Source: a virus
Taxonomy: Duplodnaviria; Caudoviricetes
Virus record (IMG/VR): IMGVR_UViG_3300031851_002880
Span: 1-64,000 of that record
Direction: 5' to 3' (one strand)
Length of the DNA stretch: 64,000 nt
The translations under genes and the position numbers were made by a program. The notes beneath the pieces are model-generated. The model did no database searches. It was not told the origin of the DNA and saw only the letters and a list, made by a program, of their open reading frames with translations. Each line of letters starts with the position of its first letter. Position 1 is the first letter of the stretch. Positions 8,678 to 17,447 of this stretch are shown piece by piece.

Positions 8678-9630
8678 TAGCACCAGTATTTGAAAAAGGA
8701 TATCCGTCATATGAAGCAGTTAACAGAAAGCCAGCTATGAAACTAAGATACTCAGAAGCATTTTATTCAGTACAAGGCGAAGGCAAGTTTGTAGGAGTAC
8801 CCAGTGTGTTTCTACGTACATTCGGTTGTAACTTTCGTTGCATGAATTTTGGCTTGAAGAACGAGCCAATGCGTGACGAAAAACAAAAGCAAGGCATTAT
8901 CCACAATGCTGAAGTGCAAGGTTTGCTTGATGCAGGCGTACACGAAACTACAAAAGAGTTTAACGACTTGCCTATTATACATACAGGTTGTGATACTTAT
9001 GCAAGTATCTATCCTGAGTTTAAAAAGTTTAATAGACAAGCAACTGTAGATGAAGTTGTAGAACATCTGCTTTCACTTACTCCTAACGGTAAGTGGGTAC
9101 AAGATAACGGTCAAGATGTACACTTGATCATGACAGGTGGTGAGCCGTTGTTAGCGTGGCAACGACTTTACGTAGAGCTGTTCGAACACCCACGTATGCA
9201 GGATTTAAAAAATGTTACATTTGAAACAAACACTACACAACATCTACACGACGATCTCTACGAGTATCTCAACAGGAGTGACAGAATTCAAGTCACTTGG
9301 AGTTGTTCCCCAAAACTTAGTGTTAGCGGAGAACCTTGGGAGACTGCTATTAAGCCTAGTGTTGCTCTTGAGTATACTAGGGTTTGTGATAGCGAATTGT
9401 ATCTCAAGTTTGTTGTCGCTACTGAAAGCGACTTTGCAGAGGTTAAGAGAGCTGTGGACGCTTACAGAAGTGCCGGGGTGGAATGTCCGGTATATCTTAT
9501 GCCAATGGGTGGACGCAGTGAAGAATACACCCTCAACGTTAAAGACGTTGCTGAAGCGTGTATGGCCGAAGGGTGGAGATTCACCCCAAGACTACACATT
9601 TCACTCTTCGGAAATGCGTGGGGCACTTGA
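8674..9630 (+). CDS. queE: 7-carboxy-7-deazaguanine synthase (radical SAM)
   Basis: EAFYSVQGEG…VFLRTFGCNFRC…GCDT, TGGEP, FETNT, CSPK, YLMP, RLH motifs. Confidence 0.92.
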   Translation: MIAPVFEKGYPSYEAVNRKPAMKLRYSEAFYSVQGEGKFVGVPSVFLRTFGCNFRCMNFGLKNEPMRDEKQKQGIIHNAEVQGLLDAGVHETTKEFNDLPIIHTGCDTYASIYPEFKKFNRQATVDEVVEHLLSLTPNGKWVQDNGQDVHLIMTGGEPLLAWQRLYVELFEHPRMQDLKNVTFETNTTQHLHDDLYEYLNRSDRIQVTWSCSPKLSVSGEPWETAIKPSVALEYTRVCDSELYLKFVVATESDFAEVKRAVDAYRSAGVECPVYLMPMGGRSEEYTLNVKDVAEACMAEGWRFTPRLHISLFGNAWGT

Positions 9631-9724
9631 TGCAAAGTACAAGAACAAGCAACACGAACAGGCGATGAAGGCGCCTATTAACAAACCACTCGACGTACAG
9701 TTGAGAGAAAAAGGATTATTATGA
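9614..9724 (+). CDS. small hypothetical protein (36 aa)
   Basis: C-terminal part of track ORF 9212..9724 from ATG 9614; fills the gap between queE and the next gene, with an ATGA overlap at 9721. Confidence 0.4.
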   Translation: MRGALDAKYKNKQHEQAMKAPINKPLDVQLREKGLL

Positions 9725-10137
9725 TGGGATGGTGGAATAAAAAAGTAAGAGATATCACAGGCATTACTGCTAAAGAAGAAGCTCTTGCAACAGAAGAAGC
9801 ACGTATCAAAGAAGAAGAAATGAAACTTCTTAAAAAGAAAGACCCTAAAGCATACTACACAAAGAAAAAAGAGGCTTGGGTTAATGTTCTTGATATGAAA
9901 ATTAACAAAGATAATATTCGAAACGGATTCTTTGAGCTCGATTGGAATGAATACTTTATTGAAGAACTAATGAAAAATGGATACGGTTTTGAAAATGATC
10001 CAGAAGAAGAAATTGTAGATCGTTGGTTTAAAGAGATTGTATATAACATGTTACAAGATGAAGGCATGGATACTGACCGTGGCGCAGGTTACATTAATGT
10101 TGTGCCTATTGACAAAGGAAAAAGCGAAGTAAGCTAA
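9721..10137 (+). CDS. hypothetical phage protein
   Basis: 138 aa; AAGGA RBS; GFFELDWN…EEIVDRWF. Confidence 0.78.
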   Translation: MMGWWNKKVRDITGITAKEEALATEEARIKEEEMKLLKKKDPKAYYTKKKEAWVNVLDMKINKDNIRNGFFELDWNEYFIEELMKNGYGFENDPEEEIVDRWFKEIVYNMLQDEGMDTDRGAGYINVVPIDKGKSEVS

Positions 10138-10268
10138 TGGACAAAGCTCAGCAACAAAAATTGTTTAAGCAATGGAAACAAAAGCTCAGTAATAGTAAAC
10201 TTAGCAGTAAAGATGTTATCAAAAGAGCAAAAGAATTTACACGTAAAGGAATGTCAGTTAATGATTGA
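10137..10268 (+). CDS. small basic hypothetical protein (43 aa; not in ORF track)
   Basis: MDKAQQQKLFKQWKQKLSNSKLSSKDVIKRAKEFTRKGMSVND; TAATG coupling. Confidence 0.5.
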   Translation: MDKAQQQKLFKQWKQKLSNSKLSSKDVIKRAKEFTRKGMSVND

Positions 10269-10293
10269 CAACAGCCAGATTCGGTGTTATAAT
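10265..10293 (+). promoter_or_regulatory. sigma70-type promoter with extended -10
   Basis: TTGACA (10265-10270), 17 nt, TGnTATAAT (-10 at 10288-10293). Confidence 0.82.
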
Positions 10294-10322
10294 AGTACTA
10301 TAAATTATACAAAGGCAAAACT

Positions 10323-10409
10323 ATGTTAGAAATTATAGGTATTACAATGTTAGTCTCGTTCGTACAGAGCGGTGACTTATTCTCATTATGTGTATTGGGG
10401 TGTTCATAA
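10323..10409 (+). CDS. small hydrophobic peptide (28 aa)
   Basis: MLEIIGITMLVSFVQSGDLFSLCVLGCS; AAGG RBS; stop 1 nt before the RNase H ATG. Confidence 0.4.
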   Translation: MLEIIGITMLVSFVQSGDLFSLCVLGCS

Positions 10410-10410
10410 T

Positions 10411-11397
10411 ATGGCAACTTACATACTAGTAGACACTGCTAACACATTCTTTCGTGCAAGGCATGTAGTACGTGGTGACATTGACACTAAGGTCGGTATG
10501 GCTTTTCATATTACACTTGCAGGTGTTAAGAAAGCGTGGCGTGACTTTAAAGCAGATCATGTTGTGTTTTGTTTAGAAGGTCGTAGCTGGCGTAAAGACT
10601 TTTATGAGCCTTACAAGCGTAACAGGCAAGTTTCACGTGACGCACTTACTCCTGCACAACAAGAAGAAGATACTGTGTTTTGGGAGTGCTTCGATGAGTT
10701 TAAGGACTTTGTATCAACTAAGACTAACTGTACTGTTATGCGTCATCCGCAACTAGAAGCTGATGATCTTATTGCTGGTTGGGTACAATCACACCCTAAC
10801 GACAATCACGTTATTATTAGTACTGACGGTGACTTTGCACAACTTATTGCACCTAACTGTACACAGTACAATGGTATACAAGACGTTACAATTACACATG
10901 AAGGTTACTTTGATAAGAATGGCAATCCTGTAATTGACAAGAAGACTAAAGAAGCTAAGCCTGCACCTGTGCCTGAATTTATGTTGTTTGAAAAGTGTAT
11001 GCGTGGCGACACTAGTGACAACGTGTTTAGTGCTTATCCTGGTGTACGCAAGAAAGGCACTAAGAACAAAGTTGGCCTTATTGAAGCATTTGAAGACAAA
11101 GAGTCTAAAGGCTACAACTGGAATAACATGATGCTACAGCGTTGGGTAGATCACGAAGGTGCAGAGCATCGTGTACTAGATGACTATCAACGTAATGTTA
11201 CACTATGTGACTTAACTGCACAACCTGCAGACATTAGAGAGATAATTAATAATACGATTGCAGAGAATGCTAAGCCTAAAGAAGTATCACAAGTAGGCAT
11301 GAGACTTATGAAGTTTTGTGCTAAGTGGGATATGCAACGCATTGCGGACCAGGCAGCAACCTTTGCAGAACCCTTACAAGCGAGGTACCCACTATGA
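10411..11397 (+). CDS. rnh: T4-type RNase H / 5'-3' flap exonuclease
   Basis: LVDTAN, YKRNR, LEADDLIA, STDGDF, RGDTSDNV…PGV motifs of the FEN/PIN 5' nuclease family. Confidence 0.9.
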   Translation: MATYILVDTANTFFRARHVVRGDIDTKVGMAFHITLAGVKKAWRDFKADHVVFCLEGRSWRKDFYEPYKRNRQVSRDALTPAQQEEDTVFWECFDEFKDFVSTKTNCTVMRHPQLEADDLIAGWVQSHPNDNHVIISTDGDFAQLIAPNCTQYNGIQDVTITHEGYFDKNGNPVIDKKTKEAKPAPVPEFMLFEKCMRGDTSDNVFSAYPGVRKKGTKNKVGLIEAFEDKESKGYNWNNMMLQRWVDHEGAEHRVLDDYQRNVTLCDLTAQPADIREIINNTIAENAKPKEVSQVGMRLMKFCAKWDMQRIADQAATFAEPLQARYPL

Positions 11398-11870
11398 GTT
11401 TAAAAGCAAAAGAAATCCTTAAGAATAGATTTTGGATTGTAGAAGAAAATGAAGTAAAGGTTGGAACACTAAGTATTTCTGAAGATAAGTTTATGTTAAG
11501 TAGTGCAGAAGGTGTTAAGTTTTTTGACAACGAAAGACAACTAAAAAAGAACCTTGGAAATATGTTGTTCGAGGCACAAACAGAAATTAAAATTCCAGAA
11601 TCAGCAGATAAGATTGTAAGTAACTTTCCTACAAGCTGTACACCTTATAATAGTATGTTTGATGTTAAGCGCAAACTACCATTGTTTACAAAGAGTGTAA
11701 AGAGCAAAAGTTTGTACTGTGCAGGATACTATACAATACATTTTGATAAAGGTTGGGTTAAAAGTTTTTGTCCAAAGTTAATTACAATTGAACGTTACGA
11801 CTTCCGTGGACCGTTTAAAACTGAGCTTGAAATGAAACAGGAACTTAGTCGTGTCAACAGAACCTCTTAA
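11394..11870 (+). CDS. hypothetical protein
   Basis: ATG 11394 with ATGA overlap and GAGG RBS; 158 aa. Confidence 0.75.
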   Translation: MSLKAKEILKNRFWIVEENEVKVGTLSISEDKFMLSSAEGVKFFDNERQLKKNLGNMLFEAQTEIKIPESADKIVSNFPTSCTPYNSMFDVKRKLPLFTKSVKSKSLYCAGYYTIHFDKGWVKSFCPKLITIERYDFRGPFKTELEMKQELSRVNRTS

Positions 11871-12096
11871 TACAATAGCAATACAGCAATTTTTGCAAGC
11901 TGTAAAGAATGCCGATAATGGTAGAGCAAAAGAACTGCGTCTTGAGATTCAAACTGCAAAAAATTTAGCATACACTCTTGGTATAGTAATGACAAGGCTT
12001 GAAGGCGATCTAGAAAAGTTTGTACAAGAATATGCTCACAAGGCAGAAGAAGAAGTTATTAATGTTACTATGGATGGTGGTGATTTAAGTACGTAG
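11851..12096 (+). CDS. hypothetical protein
   Basis: 81 aa, GTG start, AGGA RBS. Confidence 0.7.
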   Translation: MSTEPLNTIAIQQFLQAVKNADNGRAKELRLEIQTAKNLAYTLGIVMTRLEGDLEKFVQEYAHKAEEEVINVTMDGGDLST

Positions 12097-12146
12097 ATAA
12101 CTTAAAAGAGATAAATATATGCGTAGTTAATTAAAGGATTGCGCAT

Positions 12147-12434
12147 ATGAGCAGACCAAAGCCAAATGTATTATTAGAATTTACAAACAATAAAACTTAT
12201 AGAAGCGAGCAAGTACTGCAAGCTGAAGGAATCTGGGCAGTGTTCTTCAAAAAAGAACCATTTAATCTAAAGAGTTCAAACATGCTTACAAACTATCCCG
12301 GACCTAAATATAAGAAAGTGTCATTTTCAAATCCAGGACATGCACACAATCTTGCTAAGAAACTAAATGACATGTTTAGATGTAACGATTTTGAAGTTTA
12401 TAAATTATCTAATGGTACAAAAGTAAACGAATAA
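12147..12434 (+). CDS. hypothetical protein
   Basis: 95 aa; AAGGA RBS; preceded by ATAAATA at 12111-12117. Confidence 0.78.
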   Translation: MSRPKPNVLLEFTNNKTYRSEQVLQAEGIWAVFFKKEPFNLKSSNMLTNYPGPKYKKVSFSNPGHAHNLAKKLNDMFRCNDFEVYKLSNGTKVNE

Positions 12435-12437
12435 GCT

Positions 12438-12818
12438 GTGGGTTGGAAAGAAACATATACAAAAATCTTTCTAAAAGAATTAGGCAAAAGTTATAACGAC
12501 TTAGCAGTAAAAGAATTTATGCCGCTTTGGTGGCAAAACAATAGAAGCAAAAACACAGGCGGATTAAGACTTACTGAAGCAGGGTTTGATATCTTAACTG
12601 AAATAGATTTAGCAACTTACGACATACCTTATCCTCGAGATATGCCACTTACGACACAAGTTATTATCTTTTTAGATCAATTTATTGATTGTCCGTATTA
12701 TCTTACTAACCGTAGTATTACAGTAACCAACGAAAAGAAAGCAGTCGAACTAACTCTTTTTGCAGGAGATTTACGCAAGTACGGACTTACAAAAGCAATG
12801 ACACGTTCACAAAAATGA
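12438..12818 (+). CDS. hypothetical protein
   Basis: 126 aa; GGLRLTEAG. Confidence 0.75.
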   Translation: MGWKETYTKIFLKELGKSYNDLAVKEFMPLWWQNNRSKNTGGLRLTEAGFDILTEIDLATYDIPYPRDMPLTTQVIIFLDQFIDCPYYLTNRSITVTNEKKAVELTLFAGDLRKYGLTKAMTRSQK

Positions 12819-13465
12819 TTAATTATATTGAAGATTGTAAATTACTTATTACTCAGTTTGATGCTTTTAGCTTTCAAACGATTAAGAAAGATATCGAAAA
12901 TATCAAGACGAAAATTAAAGAACATGAACTAGTAGGTGATGTGTTAGTTAATTTTCAAAGAAGTGTAATAGGTGATATAGAATATCACAATTTACCACTA
13001 AGCGAAAATATAATTAAGAAAAAAGTTCTAGAGTTAATAGAACTCCATGAAAAAAAATATAATTACCTAGCACGTATGTATAACTTTACAACTGCTATTC
13101 CAGCAAGTATTCCTGATTTTGAATTTGAACGTATCTGGGTGAACTTTCAAAAACCAAACGGGTTTGTTCCTTTGCATCAACATAGCGGGCTTTATAGTTT
13201 TGTAATTTGGGTTGACATACCTTACACACTAAAGCAAGATAAAATACTAGAATCAGAAGATCACAGAGTAGGTACATTTGAATTTGTTTACACAGATTTT
13301 TTAGGGAAACTTACATCGCAGGTTCTACCTGTAGACAAAACTTGGCAAGGTAGCATTGCAGTATTCCCAGCAGAATTGCATCATCAAGTTTATCCTTATT
13401 ATGATAGCAACGAGTATCGTATATCTATTTCAGGAAATTTAAAATTATCTTTAAATAGTGGTTGA
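12815..13465 (+). CDS. 2OG-Fe(II) oxygenase-like protein (TIGR02466-like)
   Basis: WVNFQ…PLHQH…SFVIW…FPAELHHQVYP…RISISGN jelly-roll motifs. Confidence 0.8.
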   Translation: MINYIEDCKLLITQFDAFSFQTIKKDIENIKTKIKEHELVGDVLVNFQRSVIGDIEYHNLPLSENIIKKKVLELIELHEKKYNYLARMYNFTTAIPASIPDFEFERIWVNFQKPNGFVPLHQHSGLYSFVIWVDIPYTLKQDKILESEDHRVGTFEFVYTDFLGKLTSQVLPVDKTWQGSIAVFPAELHHQVYPYYDSNEYRISISGNLKLSLNSG

Positions 13466-13489
13466 CATTTGCTGTAATTAGTGTATACT
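13462..13489 (+). promoter_or_regulatory. sigma70-type promoter
   Basis: TTGACA (13462-13467), 16 nt, TATACT (13484-13489); GAGGA RBS before ATG 13539. Confidence 0.7.
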
Positions 13490-13538
13490 ATATATATAAG
13501 TTAGAAATTAGCACTGATAACATAAGAGGAATACAGCA

Positions 13539-14630
13539 ATGGAAGCAACAGCACTACGTACAGTTACACCGAACGGCGCAAAGAAAAGCATTTTGCGAGC
13601 GTTCCGTAAGAAACGTCCTATCTTTTTATGGGGACCTCCAGGTATTGGTAAGTCTGACATTGTAGGACAGATTACCAAAAAATCATTATCCAACTCACAT
13701 TTGATTGATATTCGTTTATCACTATGGGAACCTACAGACATTAAAGGTATTCCGTACTTTGATAGCAACTCAGGTACAATGGTTTGGGCACCACCTGCAG
13801 AACTTCCAACAGAAGAGTTTGCGGCACAATTTGATCATGTCGTACTGTTCTTAGACGAAATGAATTCGGCGGCGCCAGCAGTACAAGCGGCAGCATACCA
13901 ATTAATTCTTAATCGTCGTGTAGGGCAATACAAGCTACCAGACAACGTTCTTATTGTTGCGGCTGGTAACCGTGAAGCTGACAAAGGTGTTACATATCGT
14001 ATGCCTGCTCCGTTAGCAAATCGTTTTGTACACTTAGAACTTGCAGTTGACTTTGGTGACTGGTTTGAGTGGGCAGTAGACAACAGACAACACCAAGATG
14101 TTGTTGGTTACTTACAGTTTAGTAAGAAAGATTTATACGATTTCGATCCTCGTTCACCGAGTCGTTCTTTTGCAACACCACGTAGTTGGTCGTTTGTTTC
14201 AGAATTGCTTGATGATAACGAAGACGAGACAACCACTACCGACTTGGTAAGTGGATCGGTTGGTGAAGGATTGGCTGTCAAATTTATGGCGCACCGTAAA
14301 GTTGCGTCGAGCATGCCTAATCCAACTGATATCCTAGCAGGCAAAGTTAAGGAGTTACAGACCAAAGAAATCAGTGCAATGTATTCCCTTACTGTTTCTC
14401 TTTGCTATGAGTTAAAAGAAGCATCAGACAAAGGTGATAAAAAGTTTGATGACAAAGTTAACAACTTCCTGCGCTTTTCAATGGATAACTTTGATACTGA
14501 ATTAGTTGTTATGGGCATTAAGCTCGCACTAACACAGTATTCATTGCCCATTGATCCAGACGAAGTGGAGTGCTTTGATGAATTCCACGATCGTTACGGA
14601 AAGTATATTAAGGCTGCACAAGAGGCTTAA
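13539..14630 (+). CDS. MoxR-like AAA+ ATPase
   Basis: Walker A GPPGIGKS, Walker B LFLDE, AAGNR sensor, LANRF arginine finger, TPRSW. Confidence 0.9.
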   Translation: MEATALRTVTPNGAKKSILRAFRKKRPIFLWGPPGIGKSDIVGQITKKSLSNSHLIDIRLSLWEPTDIKGIPYFDSNSGTMVWAPPAELPTEEFAAQFDHVVLFLDEMNSAAPAVQAAAYQLILNRRVGQYKLPDNVLIVAAGNREADKGVTYRMPAPLANRFVHLELAVDFGDWFEWAVDNRQHQDVVGYLQFSKKDLYDFDPRSPSRSFATPRSWSFVSELLDDNEDETTTTDLVSGSVGEGLAVKFMAHRKVASSMPNPTDILAGKVKELQTKEISAMYSLTVSLCYELKEASDKGDKKFDDKVNNFLRFSMDNFDTELVVMGIKLALTQYSLPIDPDEVECFDEFHDRYGKYIKAAQEA

Positions 14631-14637
14631 GATACAA

Positions 14638-14673
14638 AACGGACGGGTTCTTTTGAGCTCGTCCGTTCCTTTT
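14638..14673 (+). terminator. rho-independent terminator
   Basis: Stem AACGGACGGGTTC / GAGCTCGTCCGTT (13 bp with G-U pairs), TTTT loop, CCTTTT tail, 8 nt after the ATPase stop. Confidence 0.7.
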
Positions 14674-14693
14674 GAACAATCAAGGATATCAAA

Positions 14694-15521
14694 ATGAAAA
14701 AGATTTCACTTATCGCATTAATTATTGCATCTAGTCTAATGTCAGCGTGTGTTGCTGGTAGTGGCGCAATGCCAATAACAAGATATAACAGCGAACCTAA
14801 GACAATTAGTCATACAAAAAATTATGCTTTTGTAATGTCTAAAGACGTTGTTCGAGCAGGAACAAAAAGTCAGCGTTTTGAACTCAGACAAGGCGACTGC
14901 GCCGGAGATACTAAATGGAACGATTGTAAACAGGATAGAAGCCGTACTGAAAGGTTTACACAAATTGATGAAATTATGCCTTATGCTAATCAAGTTGTGT
15001 GGGTTGGATATAGTATGTTCATACCAAAAGATTTTGTAGGCATTTCACCTGCAAACACAATGATAGGACAAGTTAAATTAACTGGAGTAAGTTCTCCAAT
15101 ATGGAATATGTATGCAACTAACGGACGACTTCGGTTTGTAGCTAATGCTACTCAACAGAGTTGTTATGTTGGTAATTTAAGTAAGTTAAAAGGTAAGTGG
15201 ACTGATATCCAAATAGGCACTGATCTTGGAATGAAACGGAGTGAAGGATCATTAGACGGTAAGTTTGCTGAAGTTTGGATTAATAACGAAAAGCAGACAA
15301 CTTGTAGTCATATTTTGCGCCCTGTTATGCATCAACATCATTTTAATAAGAGTAAGAATAAACAGTTACATTTTGCTTGGGGAATTTATAACTCATTTAT
15401 AAGCCGTTGGACTATGACTAACCCAAACATTCCAACTCAAGTATTGTATTACGATGAAATTAGGATTGGTAAATCTAAACAAGACGTTGATGTTAATTTA
15501 GCGCAAAAGGCAGTAGATTAA
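14694..15521 (+). CDS. secreted/lipoprotein polysaccharide lyase-like (heparin lyase I/PL-like beta-jelly roll)
   Basis: Signal peptide ending LMSAC; VRAGTKSQRFELRQGDC…DRSRTE, YSMFIP, GKWTDI, EVWIN, WGIYNS, LYYDEI motifs. Confidence 0.68.
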   Translation: MKKISLIALIIASSLMSACVAGSGAMPITRYNSEPKTISHTKNYAFVMSKDVVRAGTKSQRFELRQGDCAGDTKWNDCKQDRSRTERFTQIDEIMPYANQVVWVGYSMFIPKDFVGISPANTMIGQVKLTGVSSPIWNMYATNGRLRFVANATQQSCYVGNLSKLKGKWTDIQIGTDLGMKRSEGSLDGKFAEVWINNEKQTTCSHILRPVMHQHHFNKSKNKQLHFAWGIYNSFISRWTMTNPNIPTQVLYYDEIRIGKSKQDVDVNLAQKAVD

Positions 15522-15523
15522 GG

Positions 15524-15551
15524 TTGACAAACTTGTTAAATATGCTATAAT
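15524..15551 (+). promoter_or_regulatory. sigma70-type promoter with extended -10
   Basis: TTGACA (15524-15529), 16 nt, TGnTATAAT (-10 at 15546-15551). Confidence 0.75.
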
Positions 15552-15575
15552 GTATATATAAATTGATAGAAGGGT

Positions 15576-16901
15576 ATGACTATGTTCGATGCAGATGTAC
15601 TATATAATGTAGAAGGCAAAAAACACTGGACACCAGATCCAGACATTACTCCACAGCAACTAGAAGATATGCGTGTAGAAGTACTTGACCGCATTATTGT
15701 TGCACGTATTGGACTACTATTACGTCATCCTTTCTTTGGTAATATGGCAACACGTTTGCGTATTTTGGCAGCAGATGACTGGTGTCCTACAGCCGCAGTA
15801 GACGGTCGTAACTTATACTTCAATACACAGTTCTTTAATGCAATGTCAAACAAAGAAGTTGAGTTTGTTATTGCACACGAAATTCTACACTGTGTATTTG
15901 ATCACTTAGGTCGTAGAGGTGATCGTAACCCGCAAATTTATAATATTGCCGCAGACTATATTGTAAACAATACGCTAGTACGTGACCGTATTGGTGAAAT
16001 GGTTAAAATTGTAGACTGCTTTCAAGACTTTAAATACGAAGGTTGGACTTCAGAAGAAGTATATGATGACATATATGAACAAGCAAAACAGAACGGACAA
16101 GACTTTTTAGATCAACTTGGAGAAATGCTAGACGAACATCTTGAGTGGGATGAAGACGGCGAAGGAAGTTCTCCAGGCGAAGAAGGCGAAGACGGACAAG
16201 GTAACGCTGTATCAAAGAAACGTCCTAAGTACTCTAAAGAAGAAATAAAGCAGATTAAAGACGAGATTAAAGAAAACATGATCTCGGCAGCACAGAGTGC
16301 AGGCGCAGGTAATACACCTGCAGGTGTTGCACGTATGATCAAAGAGCTTACAGAGCCTAAGATGAACTGGCGTGAACTATTACAACAGCAGATCCAAAGC
16401 ACTATTAGAAACGACTTTACATTTAGTCGTCCATCACGTAAGGGCTGGCACACTGGTGCTATATTACCTGGTATGGATTATGATGAAACTATCGACTTGT
16501 GTATTTGTATTGATATGTCAGGTTCAATTGGCGATGTGCAAGGACGTGACTTTCTAAGTGAAATACAAGGTATTATGGATCAATACAAAGACTACAAAAT
16601 TAAACTGTGGTGCTTTGATACACGAGTGTATAACGAACAAGACTTTAGTGCTGATGGTGGCGAATCATTAAATGACTATGAAATTATGGGCGGTGGCGGC
16701 ACCGACTTTATGGTTAATTGGACATACATGAAAGAAAATGACATTCAACCTAAAAAGTTCATTATGTTTACAGATGGCTATGCTTGGGATAGCTGGGGCG
16801 AAGAAGACTACTGTGATACAATTTTTCTTATTCATAGCAATCGTGACAAAGGATTACAGGCGCCGTTTGGTATGACCGTGCATTACGACGAGGCTGTTTA
16901 G
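15576..16901 (+). CDS. DUF2201-type metallopeptidase + vWA domain protein (MoxR partner)
   Basis: HEILH zincin motif, acidic linker, MIDAS DMSGS, GGGTDF, FTDG. Confidence 0.87.
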   Translation: MTMFDADVLYNVEGKKHWTPDPDITPQQLEDMRVEVLDRIIVARIGLLLRHPFFGNMATRLRILAADDWCPTAAVDGRNLYFNTQFFNAMSNKEVEFVIAHEILHCVFDHLGRRGDRNPQIYNIAADYIVNNTLVRDRIGEMVKIVDCFQDFKYEGWTSEEVYDDIYEQAKQNGQDFLDQLGEMLDEHLEWDEDGEGSSPGEEGEDGQGNAVSKKRPKYSKEEIKQIKDEIKENMISAAQSAGAGNTPAGVARMIKELTEPKMNWRELLQQQIQSTIRNDFTFSRPSRKGWHTGAILPGMDYDETIDLCICIDMSGSIGDVQGRDFLSEIQGIMDQYKDYKIKLWCFDTRVYNEQDFSADGGESLNDYEIMGGGGTDFMVNWTYMKENDIQPKKFIMFTDGYAWDSWGEEDYCDTIFLIHSNRDKGLQAPFGMTVHYDEAV

Positions 16902-17173
16902 TGTTAAAAGAACCAAACTATTTAAATTTACTTGAGAAAAGACAAGTAACATTCTTGCCAGAACACTTCGAACAAGTTCATCTTCCGTTTAAATACAATA
17001 TAGTTAAGAGCGTTGAGAAATGGATACGCTTTAATTTAAAGGGAAGATTTTATATTGATCAAACGGTGCACTGTAAGGATAATACAATAGAGTCTGCTTT
17101 ACATTTAGGATTTGAAGACACTAAAGAAATGAGTTATTTCATGTTAGCGTGTCCACATTTGAAATACAAATAA
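16901..17173 (+). CDS. hypothetical protein
   Basis: 90 aa; GTG start coupled to the upstream stop. Confidence 0.65.
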   Translation: MLKEPNYLNLLEKRQVTFLPEHFEQVHLPFKYNIVKSVEKWIRFNLKGRFYIDQTVHCKDNTIESALHLGFEDTKEMSYFMLACPHLKYK

Positions 17174-17209
17174 ATAAAGTGCGCATATATATTATATAGG
17201 AGTTAATAA

Positions 17210-17446
17210 ATGAGCGAAGAAGTTAAAGAAGAAGCACAAATTGATCCGCAAGCAACAGCAATGCCTGAAGCATCTGCGCCTGATCTTACTGTGCAGGATT
17301 TAAATGCGTTAAAGGCTATCATCGATGTTGCTAGTCAACGTGGTGCATTTAAGCCAAACGAGATGGTTACAGTAGGCAATGCCTATAATAAGCTAGAAAC
17401 ATTCTTAGCGGCTGTAGCAAAACAACAACCACCAGAAGGAGCATAA
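17210..17446 (+). CDS. hypothetical protein
   Basis: 78 aa; AGGAG RBS; IIDVASQRGAF. Confidence 0.78.
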   Translation: MSEEVKEEAQIDPQATAMPEASAPDLTVQDLNALKAIIDVASQRGAFKPNEMVTVGNAYNKLETFLAAVAKQQPPEGA

Positions 17447-17447
17447 A

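Noticed and set aside
9212-9724. 170 aa alternative-frame ORF overlapping queE
   Set aside because: Most of it lies inside the well-supported queE and has no recognisable motifs; only the last 36 codons after ATG 9614 plausibly code
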